Of a stretch of 64,000 bases of DNA, positions 19,071 through 27,412 are shown one piece after another. Below the pieces are notes generated by a model. It saw nothing but the letters and a program-made list of their open reading frames with translations, had not been told where the DNA came from and did not search any database. Made by a program: the position numbers and the translations under genes. The stretch lies in UHGV virus genome UHGV-1356548; one strand, written 5' to 3'. Source of the stretch: a virus. The first letter of the stretch is position 1, and every line of letters begins with the position of its first letter.

Positions 19071-19832
19071 TTAAAGTTCCATAAAGTTTTCTACAGTTTC
19101 AATAAATGCTTTATCAGAGAAAGCGTCAACAGCACCGTTAAACCATACAGGGATCCCGCGATCCTCATATTGATAAAGGTCGCTACGTGAAATGCCACTT
19201 CCATCTGCACTCTGCGAATCATACTTGTTTACAATCAGCAGTTTTGTGCCTTTACAAGTAGCAGGAAACAATTCCCAGTTAAAATTAATAACTGTGTTAG
19301 AACAACCTACCAGGATCACCATATCATTGCTTGTGAGAGATGTCAACAGGTCATACATGTCTGTATACTTAGGAGCAACCTCACCGAAGAACACTACATT
19401 GGGCTTAACCCAGGTATACTTGCCTGTATCTACCTCCGTGTATCCGATATTTTTAATTACATCATTACCTTCAGCATCTTCGTAGGTGATTTCAGGCAAA
19501 TACCCGTGGACATGTAAAATATCTTCATGTTTTACACCAGCACGCTCCAGCAAATCATCTACATTGGTAGTAAGGTTGATCACACGACCAGACCAGCGGG
19601 AATACCACTCAGCGATCCGAAGATGTGCAAGGTTAGGATCAACACTGCCCAGAGCTACACGACGTGCATTGTAAAAGTCATGCACCTTATAGTAGTTCTT
19701 GGCAAAGGTGTGGATGTTGCACACCTCATCGATGCTGAAATTCTCCCACATTGCAGTGCTACCAGATCGGAAAGTGGGAATACCAGATTCAGCGCTCAAA
19801 CCAGCACCGGAGATAATAATCAGTCGTCGCAT
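19071..19832 (-). CDS. Sir2-family (sirtuin-like) NAD-dependent protein, Zn-module absent
   Basis: GAGLSAESGIPTFR (sirtuin GAGxSxxSGIPxFR), DPNLAHL...TTNVDDLLERAG (PNxxH...TQNxDxLhxxAG), HVHG, KPNVVFFGE (RPxVVxFGE); no CxxC...CxxC zinc tetrad. Confidence 0.8.
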   Translation of the reverse strand: MRRLIIISGAGLSAESGIPTFRSGSTAMWENFSIDEVCNIHTFAKNYYKVHDFYNARRVALGSVDPNLAHLRIAEWYSRWSGRVINLTTNVDDLLERAGVKHEDILHVHGYLPEITYEDAEGNDVIKNIGYTEVDTGKYTWVKPNVVFFGEVAPKYTDMYDLLTSLTSNDMVILVGCSNTVINFNWELFPATCKGTKLLIVNKYDSQSADGSGISRSDLYQYEDRGIPVWFNGAVDAFSDKAFIETVENFMEL

Positions 19833-19840
19833 AAGTGTCC

Positions 19841-20191
19841 TCAGTAGATGTTTTGTTTAATCTCTATTCCAAACTTCTTGAATGAGTCAGCAGCAAGCAT
19901 AAATTTACGAGCTGCCGATGGATTAGAAGTATGCACGAAAATAATCACGTTGTCAATAAGTGGTGGCTTTCCGAATACAAGTTTCTCCTCTAGCGCAGAG
20001 AAGCAGTCGTACCCTTCAAGCACTTCACCTAGATCATTGTCAAAATGCCACTCAGAAACGCGCCTGTAGAGCTTTCTATTATCGTTAATAAAATCCATGA
20101 ACTCAGAAGAGTTCTTCAGCCAAAGAGCATCTTGGATTCCGTAATTTGACGGATCTCTCAAGTCATCTAGCCACACAATCAACTTCTTCAT
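19841..20191 (-). CDS. hypothetical protein
   Basis: Start set to ATG forming an ATGA overlap with the RNA ligase stop (MKKLIVWLDD...); 116 aa. Confidence 0.4.
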   Translation of the reverse strand: MKKLIVWLDDLRDPSNYGIQDALWLKNSSEFMDFINDNRKLYRRVSEWHFDNDLGEVLEGYDCFSALEEKLVFGKPPLIDNVIIFVHTSNPSAARKFMLAADSFKKFGIEIKQNIY

Positions 20192-21123
20192 TGCATATAG
20201 TCCTCGTTGTGAAAATAGCAATCAAGTATCTCACGGCGTTCCTGCTCCAGGAGGCAGTTCCACACATCTTCTGTGTAATTGCTACGAATGAAGTTTACCA
20301 TGCCATAAAACTCTTCGTCAATACGTTTAAAGATATCATCATCCCAAATCTTCCAAGCTTTACCCCTCATTACGGCCTTCCGTGCCAAATAGTATGGAGA
20401 CTTGATCTTCAGCTGCAGGTCATAAGGGTAGTAAGGCTTACGGATCATATACCCTTCGCCCCTTGTTTCTGCAGCTAATTCTTTTGCATAGCTGAACGGG
20501 ATTTCACGCACAGTGTGAGGACGTTTTGCACCAAGGTATTTGGCAATCCCATCTAAAGCTGCTTCTGGTAGCATTATTCCAGAATCATTATATCTGCAAC
20601 CTATCAAATATGCGCCATGGTCTTCTTGAACAATATGCGGATCTGAAGGGTGACAAATTTCAAACATGAATGTCATGTTTTCATTGCCCATAACCTTCTT
20701 GATAAGATCTAAATTACCACATTGCTCTTGGATGGTTTCCTTTGCAAGGTTACAATATGGAGAATCAAGAGACCCGGTTGTTGAGAACAATAGGTCACCT
20801 TTATGAGATGATACCACACCAAGGAATCCGTTCTTTTTCTCTACCGCAGTCACAAGCTTATTGTCAGGCAGGTTGGTGGAGTTTTCTCCCAAGTTAAACA
20901 CTTTTGTGAAGGGCCATGCCACAACATTTCCTTCATTACCTACAACAATGCCTCGGCACTCCAGTAAACGAGGGGACAAATGCCATAAATTGTTGTAAAA
21001 TACTTTTCTAGCATATTTATAGATCTTTAACCCGAGATCTGGGTAATACCTACTGGTTACAAGACCTTTGTCAACTAGGTCGTCTGCATTAAAATACTTC
21101 ATCATACGTTCCTCATTTGTCAT
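20188..21123 (-). CDS. RNA ligase-like nucleotidyltransferase
   Basis: Candidate motif I VEKKNGFLG (K-x-N-G), motif IV EGYMIRKPY, motif V LKIKSPYY; 311 aa; adjacent to kinase/phosphoesterase genes. Confidence 0.55.
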   Translation of the reverse strand: MTNEERMMKYFNADDLVDKGLVTSRYYPDLGLKIYKYARKVFYNNLWHLSPRLLECRGIVVGNEGNVVAWPFTKVFNLGENSTNLPDNKLVTAVEKKNGFLGVVSSHKGDLLFSTTGSLDSPYCNLAKETIQEQCGNLDLIKKVMGNENMTFMFEICHPSDPHIVQEDHGAYLIGCRYNDSGIMLPEAALDGIAKYLGAKRPHTVREIPFSYAKELAAETRGEGYMIRKPYYPYDLQLKIKSPYYLARKAVMRGKAWKIWDDDIFKRIDEEFYGMVNFIRSNYTEDVWNCLLEQERREILDCYFHNEDYMQ

Positions 21124-21166
21124 TTTGTCAGTCTATCCTGCCACACAAATAACCTAGTGTCAACAC

Positions 21167-21195
21167 TTGAAATTAACAAAACAGTCAGGTATACT
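21167..21195 (+). promoter_or_regulatory. sigma70-like promoter, duplicated copy at the duplication junction
   Basis: TTGAAA-N17-TATACT identical to the kinase promoter at 25828-25856; here it points into the antisense of the truncated ligase copy. Confidence 0.45.
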
Positions 21196-21235
21196 ACCGT
21201 TGAAATTAAAACGGAGGGTCACTATGTCTAAAATG

Positions 21236-22378
21236 CTATATATCGTGCGTGCCTTTCATCTTCATTTTAACAATAACACCTTCCTTGTCAACACAGATAA
21301 GAACACCTTCATCATTCTTATCTTTCTCAACGTCAATAACTTTCACCTCTGCGTCGTTGAACTTTTTCCATTTCAATGCTTCAGATGTTCGCTGACCGTA
21401 CTCGTATTTACCGCAGAAATTACGCATGATAGTACCTTCATATCCTTCGGACATGAATATACCAACAGATTCTTCGCAATGATCAACTGTGTACGCAAGC
21501 TCTGCGTCAACAACCTTGATATGGTCAAGCATCAGAGTGGTAACGGTATCCTCTGCATCCATAAGATCCTTGCAGCGTCCAGACTCTGTTTCTGGATCCC
21601 ACCACACCTTGTCGCTAGGAATATCAAAAATGTGATACTCCAGATCGTAGCTACAGTACCCACCGTAACGCAAATCATCACGAACAGGCTCAACATCGAC
21701 AGGAATATCTACCTTGTTGAAGTTTTTGTATGTTGATAAACCTGCCTTAATTGCTGCATGACGGCGTTTTTTATCTGCCTCATAGTCTTTATCGATCTCG
21801 GCCTGAATCTCTTCCTGTGTGCGCCACCGTTTAGCAAGAGACACTATTTTCTGCAAAGGAAGACCATGAATGTATAGTTCCCCATCAAGTTGTTTAATCC
21901 CAGTGGTAGAATGGAAAGAACGAAGTTGCTCTAAAAGCTTTCCTTGAATAGGGTAGGACTTATTACCACGGGAAATAAATTTAGGCTCACCATTTTGGAA
22001 AACAACAAGCAGACGAAGGCCATCTAACTTACGCAAGATCCAGCAAGGTAATTTAAGTGCCTTGCCACGCTTCAGGTAGTCATGCACCAGCATGGGTAAA
22101 AGATCAACACCCTGCTCGCAATCTTCCATGTTTTCAACATACCCCAGACGGACTTGTTTTTCCCACTTGCTGATAGCCTCAAGCTCGGCCTGTTGCTCAG
22201 CTGTAGTCTCGTTGGCACGACCTACGTTCTTAGGTGTGCATACCGTCTCTTTGTACTGCAGTTTACCATCAAGCTTGCCAAACTCTACGATAACCTTATC
22301 ACCATCCGTGAATACTTTCCACTGTTGGTAGCTGCCATCTTTATTCAGTGCGTACAGTGTTGTTTTGATCTGATGCAT
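21236..22378 (-). pseudogene. 3'-truncated duplicate of ATP-dependent DNA ligase
   Basis: Identical to residues 1-377 of the 16434-17717 product, then ends ...GTHDI* at the duplication junction, losing the last 47 residues. Confidence 0.6.
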
Positions 22379-22647
22379 TACTCGGCCTCTTCCTTAAAAA
22401 TTTTAAACATCTCTTCTTTACTCATTACCAACCAGTCTCCCATAAAGTCAACTAGCCAATCTCCCTGGTACAAGACAAGGTTACCAAAAGGCTCGACAAG
22501 CTCACACATGCGACGAAGATCTCTGGTCCGAACAGGTGACGATGTAAACACACCTGTATCAATCCACCGTTGCAGATCAGATACTGATGAAGAGCTTCCG
22601 TCAAACTGATGTGCTTCTACAGGTTTAGCAAGATTAAATAACGGCAT
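22378..22647 (-). CDS. hypothetical protein (duplicate of 17717-17986)
   Basis: Identical translation to copy 1. Confidence 0.3.
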   Translation of the reverse strand: MPLFNLAKPVEAHQFDGSSSSVSDLQRWIDTGVFTSSPVRTRDLRRMCELVEPFGNLVLYQGDWLVDFMGDWLVMSKEEMFKIFKEEAE

Positions 22648-22942
22648 TGCAGTCCTCCTTCTGTAGTAGGTCTTTTATAGGATAAACAAGTAAGTGTGGG
22701 TCGTAATAACGTATAGTCCTATTCTGCCACACTATGAACTTTATTACAACCAAATTTACAATATCTTTATCACCATGTAGCCCAACACACACATTTGTCC
22801 ATATTTTGTGGTTGAAGACCTTGCTATCGATGTAGATTTTAGTGTCAAACTTATCTTCCATTCTACCAATAAGTTTGATCAGCTCCTTCATCTGGTCGCC
22901 AAACACAGCATCTTTTTCAAGATCTCTGGAATGCTTGTACAT
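22634..22942 (-). CDS. hypothetical protein (duplicate of 17973-18281)
   Basis: Identical translation to copy 1. Confidence 0.3.
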   Translation of the reverse strand: MYKHSRDLEKDAVFGDQMKELIKLIGRMEDKFDTKIYIDSKVFNHKIWTNVCVGLHGDKDIVNLVVIKFIVWQNRTIRYYDPHLLVYPIKDLLQKEDCNAVI

Positions 22943-22971
22943 AACTGACTACCTCACTGCATACTTTCCAT

Positions 22972-22997
22972 AATAAGTAAAGCCGGGTAATCCCGGC
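22972..22997 (-). terminator. rho-independent terminator (copy 2)
   Basis: Duplicate of the 18311-18336 hairpin. Confidence 0.5.
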
Positions 22998-23004
22998 TAT
23001 GTTG

Positions 23005-23718
23005 TTAAATATACTCTGTTACATCCTTGAAGCTCGAAGGCTTCATAATCTTACCTTTACTGTCAAGGAATATAATAACTTTATTGCCGTTGTAGAACTC
23101 CTCTTTAGCAACGAAACCTTCGTAGCGACCACCAAAACGACGCTCAAGATCTTTAATCTCCAACTCGATGAGTTGTTCAGCAGGCATATCTGCACTGGCA
23201 CCGTGTGAATGCCGTAGATGGTTGATCCGTGCAAACTTACTGTCATTAGATTTTAGAACCTTCCGCATCATCCCACACACATCCCCGCTAAGCTGGAACA
23301 GCAAAGCTGTTGATAACTCCGCTAGTCGGTAAGCTGACGCTCTTTGCTTGGATGTGTTTTTCGCAGCGATCAGTGTATCATAGAACTCACCGATCTTGAA
23401 CTTAAGACCTCGCGGATTATCAAACAGGTTTGACCACTTTTCGTGGTTATCATTAACAAGATAAGCTGCATAACTTGTGACAACGTGAAGATCGCAGGCC
23501 TCTTTTAGCAGGTGATCTCCACCATCACCTTTCTCCAGCTCTTCCAAAACCTCATTGAACTCTTCCTCAATGAAGCTAAGCTGTAATTCGAATGGTGTGT
23601 ATGATTTTTTCACTTTAGCTGCCACACGGTTCCAGTTTTCCACCCAGTTGGCAGACCAAAGGTAGTTTTCAGGCTGGGACAGTTTTTCCAGGTTGTCGAT
23701 CAGTTTAGTATTCAGCAT
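23005..23718 (-). CDS. MazG-like domain protein (duplicate)
   Basis: Identical translation to 18344-19057. Confidence 0.4.
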   Translation of the reverse strand: MLNTKLIDNLEKLSQPENYLWSANWVENWNRVAAKVKKSYTPFELQLSFIEEEFNEVLEELEKGDGGDHLLKEACDLHVVTSYAAYLVNDNHEKWSNLFDNPRGLKFKIGEFYDTLIAAKNTSKQRASAYRLAELSTALLFQLSGDVCGMMRKVLKSNDSKFARINHLRHSHGASADMPAEQLIELEIKDLERRFGGRYEGFVAKEEFYNGNKVIIFLDSKGKIMKPSSFKDVTEYI

Positions 23719-23731
23719 TAAAGGTCTCCTT

Positions 23732-24493
23732 TTAAAGTTCCATAAAGTTTTCTACAGTTTCAATAAATGCTTTATCAGAGAAAGCGTCAACAGCACCGTT
23801 AAACCATACAGGGATCCCGCGATCCTCATATTGATAAAGGTCGCTACGTGAAATGCCACTTCCATCTGCACTCTGCGAATCATACTTGTTTACAATCAGC
23901 AGTTTTGTGCCTTTACAAGTAGCAGGAAACAATTCCCAGTTAAAATTAATAACTGTGTTAGAACAACCTACCAGGATCACCATATCATTGCTTGTGAGAG
24001 ATGTCAACAGGTCATACATGTCTGTATACTTAGGAGCAACCTCACCGAAGAACACTACATTGGGCTTAACCCAGGTATACTTGCCTGTATCTACCTCCGT
24101 GTATCCGATATTTTTAATTACATCATTACCTTCAGCATCTTCGTAGGTGATTTCAGGCAAATACCCGTGGACATGTAAAATATCTTCATGTTTTACACCA
24201 GCACGCTCCAGCAAATCATCTACATTGGTAGTAAGGTTGATCACACGACCAGACCAGCGGGAATACCACTCAGCGATCCGAAGATGTGCAAGGTTAGGAT
24301 CAACACTGCCCAGAGCTACACGACGTGCATTGTAAAAGTCATGCACCTTATAGTAGTTCTTGGCAAAGGTGTGGATGTTGCACACCTCATCGATGCTGAA
24401 ATTCTCCCACATTGCAGTGCTACCAGATCGGAAAGTGGGAATACCAGATTCAGCGCTCAAACCAGCACCGGAGATAATAATCAGTCGTCGCAT
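23732..24493 (-). CDS. Sir2-family protein (duplicate)
   Basis: Identical translation to 19071-19832. Confidence 0.8.
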   Translation of the reverse strand: MRRLIIISGAGLSAESGIPTFRSGSTAMWENFSIDEVCNIHTFAKNYYKVHDFYNARRVALGSVDPNLAHLRIAEWYSRWSGRVINLTTNVDDLLERAGVKHEDILHVHGYLPEITYEDAEGNDVIKNIGYTEVDTGKYTWVKPNVVFFGEVAPKYTDMYDLLTSLTSNDMVILVGCSNTVINFNWELFPATCKGTKLLIVNKYDSQSADGSGISRSDLYQYEDRGIPVWFNGAVDAFSDKAFIETVENFMEL

Positions 24494-24501
24494 AAGTGTC
24501 C

Positions 24502-24852
24502 TCAGTAGATGTTTTGTTTAATCTCTATTCCAAACTTCTTGAATGAGTCAGCAGCAAGCATAAATTTACGAGCTGCCGATGGATTAGAAGTATGCACGAA
24601 AATAATCACGTTGTCAATAAGTGGTGGCTTTCCGAATACAAGTTTCTCCTCTAGCGCAGAGAAGCAGTCGTACCCTTCAAGCACTTCACCTAGATCATTG
24701 TCAAAATGCCACTCAGAAACGCGCCTGTAGAGCTTTCTATTATCGTTAATAAAATCCATGAACTCAGAAGAGTTCTTCAGCCAAAGAGCATCTTGGATTC
24801 CGTAATTTGACGGATCTCTCAAGTCATCTAGCCACACAATCAACTTCTTCAT
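24502..24852 (-). CDS. hypothetical protein (duplicate of 19841-20191)
   Basis: Identical translation to copy 1. Confidence 0.4.
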   Translation of the reverse strand: MKKLIVWLDDLRDPSNYGIQDALWLKNSSEFMDFINDNRKLYRRVSEWHFDNDLGEVLEGYDCFSALEEKLVFGKPPLIDNVIIFVHTSNPSAARKFMLAADSFKKFGIEIKQNIY

Positions 24853-25784
24853 TGCATATAGTCCTCGTTGTGAAAATAGCAATCAAGTATCTCACGGCGT
24901 TCCTGCTCCAGGAGGCAGTTCCACACATCTTCTGTGTAATTGCTACGAATGAAGTTTACCATGCCATAAAACTCTTCGTCAATACGTTTAAAGATATCAT
25001 CATCCCAAATCTTCCAAGCTTTACCCCTCATTACGGCCTTCCGTGCCAAATAGTATGGAGACTTGATCTTCAGCTGCAGGTCATAAGGGTAGTAAGGCTT
25101 ACGGATCATATACCCTTCGCCCCTTGTTTCTGCAGCTAATTCTTTTGCATAGCTGAACGGGATTTCACGCACAGTGTGAGGACGTTTTGCACCAAGGTAT
25201 TTGGCAATCCCATCTAAAGCTGCTTCTGGTAGCATTATTCCAGAATCATTATATCTGCAACCTATCAAATATGCGCCATGGTCTTCTTGAACAATATGCG
25301 GATCTGAAGGGTGACAAATTTCAAACATGAATGTCATGTTTTCATTGCCCATAACCTTCTTGATAAGATCTAAATTACCACATTGCTCTTGGATGGTTTC
25401 CTTTGCAAGGTTACAATATGGAGAATCAAGAGACCCGGTTGTTGAGAACAATAGGTCACCTTTATGAGATGATACCACACCAAGGAATCCGTTCTTTTTC
25501 TCTACCGCAGTCACAAGCTTATTGTCAGGCAGGTTGGTGGAGTTTTCTCCCAAGTTAAACACTTTTGTGAAGGGCCATGCCACAACATTTCCTTCATTAC
25601 CTACAACAATGCCTCGGCACTCCAGTAAACGAGGGGACAAATGCCATAAATTGTTGTAAAATACTTTTCTAGCATATTTATAGATCTTTAACCCGAGATC
25701 TGGGTAATACCTACTGGTTACAAGACCTTTGTCAACTAGGTCGTCTGCATTAAAATACTTCATCATACGTTCCTCATTTGTCAT
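24849..25784 (-). CDS. RNA ligase-like nucleotidyltransferase (duplicate)
   Basis: Identical translation to 20188-21123. Confidence 0.55.
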   Translation of the reverse strand: MTNEERMMKYFNADDLVDKGLVTSRYYPDLGLKIYKYARKVFYNNLWHLSPRLLECRGIVVGNEGNVVAWPFTKVFNLGENSTNLPDNKLVTAVEKKNGFLGVVSSHKGDLLFSTTGSLDSPYCNLAKETIQEQCGNLDLIKKVMGNENMTFMFEICHPSDPHIVQEDHGAYLIGCRYNDSGIMLPEAALDGIAKYLGAKRPHTVREIPFSYAKELAAETRGEGYMIRKPYYPYDLQLKIKSPYYLARKAVMRGKAWKIWDDDIFKRIDEEFYGMVNFIRSNYTEDVWNCLLEQERREILDCYFHNEDYMQ

Positions 25785-25827
25785 TTTGTCAGTCTATCCT
25801 GCCACACAAATAACCTAGTGTCAACAC

Positions 25828-25856
25828 TTGAAATTAACAAAACAGTCAGGTATACT
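25828..25856 (+). promoter_or_regulatory. sigma70-like promoter of kinase/phosphoesterase operon
   Basis: TTGAAA (25828-25833), 17-bp spacer, TATACT (25851-25856); GGAGGG RBS precedes ATG 25885; direct repeat TTGAAATTAA occurs twice in this region. Confidence 0.5.
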
Positions 25857-25884
25857 ACCGTTGAAATTAAAACGGAGGGTCACT

Positions 25885-26295
25885 ATGTCTAAAATGCTAT
25901 ATATCGTGCGTGGTCTACCAGGGTCTGGCAAATCAACACTGGCAAATGCGCTATCTTTAGAGGGTCTGTATCCACATTTTGAGAACGACATGTTCTGGTA
26001 TGACGATGACGGCAATTACAACTGGGATGCAAGTAAAGTAACACTCGCAGCAAAATGGTGCAAAGATAACGTAGAAGATATGATGCGTATGGGATACGAC
26101 CGTATCGTGGTAAGTAATACGTTTACAAAAGAAAAACATGTGCAGGAATATGTTGACATGGCAATCAGTCATGGGTATAGTTATACCGTGATCGTGGTTG
26201 AAAACCGCCACGGTAATAAAAGCATTCATGATGTTCCAGACAAGGTTGTGGATCGTATGGAACGCCAGCTTAAAAACTGCATTAAACTTAAATGA
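25885..26295 (+). CDS. P-loop polynucleotide 5'-kinase-like protein
   Basis: Walker A RGLPGSGKST at residues 9-18 and overall resemblance to the kinase domain of T4 Pnk; start moved to ATG 25885 (the ORF-track TTG start at 25828 lies in the promoter). Confidence 0.55.
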   Translation: MSKMLYIVRGLPGSGKSTLANALSLEGLYPHFENDMFWYDDDGNYNWDASKVTLAAKWCKDNVEDMMRMGYDRIVVSNTFTKEKHVQEYVDMAISHGYSYTVIVVENRHGNKSIHDVPDKVVDRMERQLKNCIKLK

Positions 26296-26302
26296 GGAAT
26301 GT

Positions 26303-26857
26303 ATGAAATACTTTGTAACAAGCGACACACACTTTCTCCACCAGCGGGTCATGGAGTTTGATTCATGTCAAAAACACAGATCTCAGTATGATCACAATCT
26401 TGACAGTATGAATGCGGGAATCATCGCCAAGTGGAACTCTGTTGTGTCACCTGCAGACACTGTGTTCCACTTGGGAGATATTGCGTGCACTAATGATAAG
26501 AATATCAACAACTTACTTCCAGATATTCTAAATATGTTGAACGGACATATTATTCTTGTTCGTGGCAACCATGACACAAGGACGACTGTCAGAATTATGA
26601 AAGAGTTCGGTCATGAGGTTGTAGATTATTACGAGCTTCGCCACAACAAGAATTTGATCTGTATGAGCCATTACCAGTTTGCAAAGTGGAACAGAAAGCC
26701 TCACGGATCAGTCCAACTGTTCGGTCATGCTCACGGAACCACACAACAGTTGTTTGGCAGGCAGCTTGATGTCGGTTGGGATGTGTGGGGGAGACTCTTA
26801 CCATTAGAAGAGGCATACCGTATTGCAATGAGTTTTGATATTGACAGCAGGGAGTAA
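26303..26857 (+). CDS. calcineurin-like metallophosphoesterase
   Basis: Motifs VTSDTHF (DxH), GDIA (GD), GNHD, GHAH in canonical order; start at ATG 26303 (MKYFVTSDTHF). Confidence 0.7.
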   Translation: MKYFVTSDTHFLHQRVMEFDSCQKHRSQYDHNLDSMNAGIIAKWNSVVSPADTVFHLGDIACTNDKNINNLLPDILNMLNGHIILVRGNHDTRTTVRIMKEFGHEVVDYYELRHNKNLICMSHYQFAKWNRKPHGSVQLFGHAHGTTQQLFGRQLDVGWDVWGRLLPLEEAYRIAMSFDIDSRE

Positions 26858-26870
26858 TCCCTGCTATTTT
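26846..26870 (+). terminator. rho-independent terminator
   Basis: AGCAGGGA-GTAA-TCCCTGCT hairpin (stop codon in loop) followed by ATTTT. Confidence 0.5.
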
Positions 26871-26904
26871 AAAGAAAATTGCCACACAAGGAGAATCAGG
26901 AGAT

Positions 26905-27255
26905 ATGAAAGATGGGGATAAGCTGCTATATCTTAAAGTCCCCCTTGAAATACTATCTATGTCAAAAGTTTTGAATGACACAACTGGGGAGGTTGTTGTT
27001 CTTGACTTGTATGACAAGATCGTATACTGCTACCTGCACAACTGGTATAAGCTTGGAGGAAATTCACGCTTCACACCAAGCACAAGGAAAATTGCAGCAG
27101 ATGTTGGGATAAAGAAAACAAAAGCAGCAGCGTGCGTTAAAACTTTAGAATGTGCAGGAGTGGTTGAAACATCCACACAAGGGAGAGGTAAAAGATGCAC
27201 ATTTTCCAAAGTTTTGCCACCAGAAGAAGTTATTCGGATGTCAACAACTGGTTAG
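26905..27255 (+). CDS. small putative DNA-binding protein (possible winged-helix)
   Basis: 116-aa ORF with AGGAGA RBS; segment PSTRKIAADVGIKKTKAAACVKTLECAGVVE resembles an HTH/winged-helix recognition region; sits directly upstream of the iteron array. Confidence 0.3.
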   Translation: MKDGDKLLYLKVPLEILSMSKVLNDTTGEVVVLDLYDKIVYCYLHNWYKLGGNSRFTPSTRKIAADVGIKKTKAAACVKTLECAGVVETSTQGRGKRCTFSKVLPPEEVIRMSTTG

Positions 27256-27329
27256 ACCAGTAAAAACTTAAATATCTGTACTATAAGGATTCGTATGTTT
27301 TATGTTCGCCATGGAACGGATACTATTAA

Positions 27330-27412
27330 CTGTCCGTGATACGGACACTACTGTCCGTCACGCGGACACATCTGCCCGTAATACGGACACTAGCTGTCCG
27401 TGATACGGACAC
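27330..27412. repeat. iteron array: four 19-bp dyad-symmetric repeats
   Basis: CTGTCCGTGATACGGACAC (27330), CTGTCCGTCACGCGGACAC (27351), CTGCCCGTAATACGGACAC (27372), CTGTCCGTGATACGGACAC (27394); spacing 21/21/22 bp; each has inverted half-sites GTCCG...CGGAC; a degenerate half-site ACGGATAC sits at about 27316. Confidence 0.85.

Larger units (their letters stand above)
16591..21251. repeat. tandem duplication, copy 1 (4,661-bp unit)
   Basis: Every position p compared matches p+4661; all ORF translations in the unit are identical between copies; boundary is ambiguous within the 9-bp TCGTGCGTG present at 16582-16590, 21243-21251 and 25904-25912. Confidence 0.9.
21252..25912. repeat. tandem duplication, copy 2 (4,661-bp unit)
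   Basis: See copy 1; ends inside the first codons of the kinase gene. Confidence 0.9.

Noticed and set aside
21167-21736. 189-aa plus-strand ORF that looks like a new gene
   Set aside because: It is the duplication-junction chimera (kinase 5' end fused to ligase antisense), not an independent gene; reported as a finding instead.
25828-25884. TTG-initiated N-terminal extension of the kinase ORF (MKLTKQSG...)
   Set aside because: The extension overlaps the promoter -35/-10 elements; the ATG at 25885 with a GGAGGG RBS is the credible start.
16591-25912. Duplication as a phage terminal direct repeat
   Set aside because: The two copies are internal and adjacent, and the junction lies inside two genes at a microhomology, which does not fit a terminal repeat.
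27330-27412. Possible CRISPR array
   Set aside because: Repeats are 19 bp, directly abutting at a 21-22 bp period with no unique spacers, and there are no cas genes; this is an iteron array.
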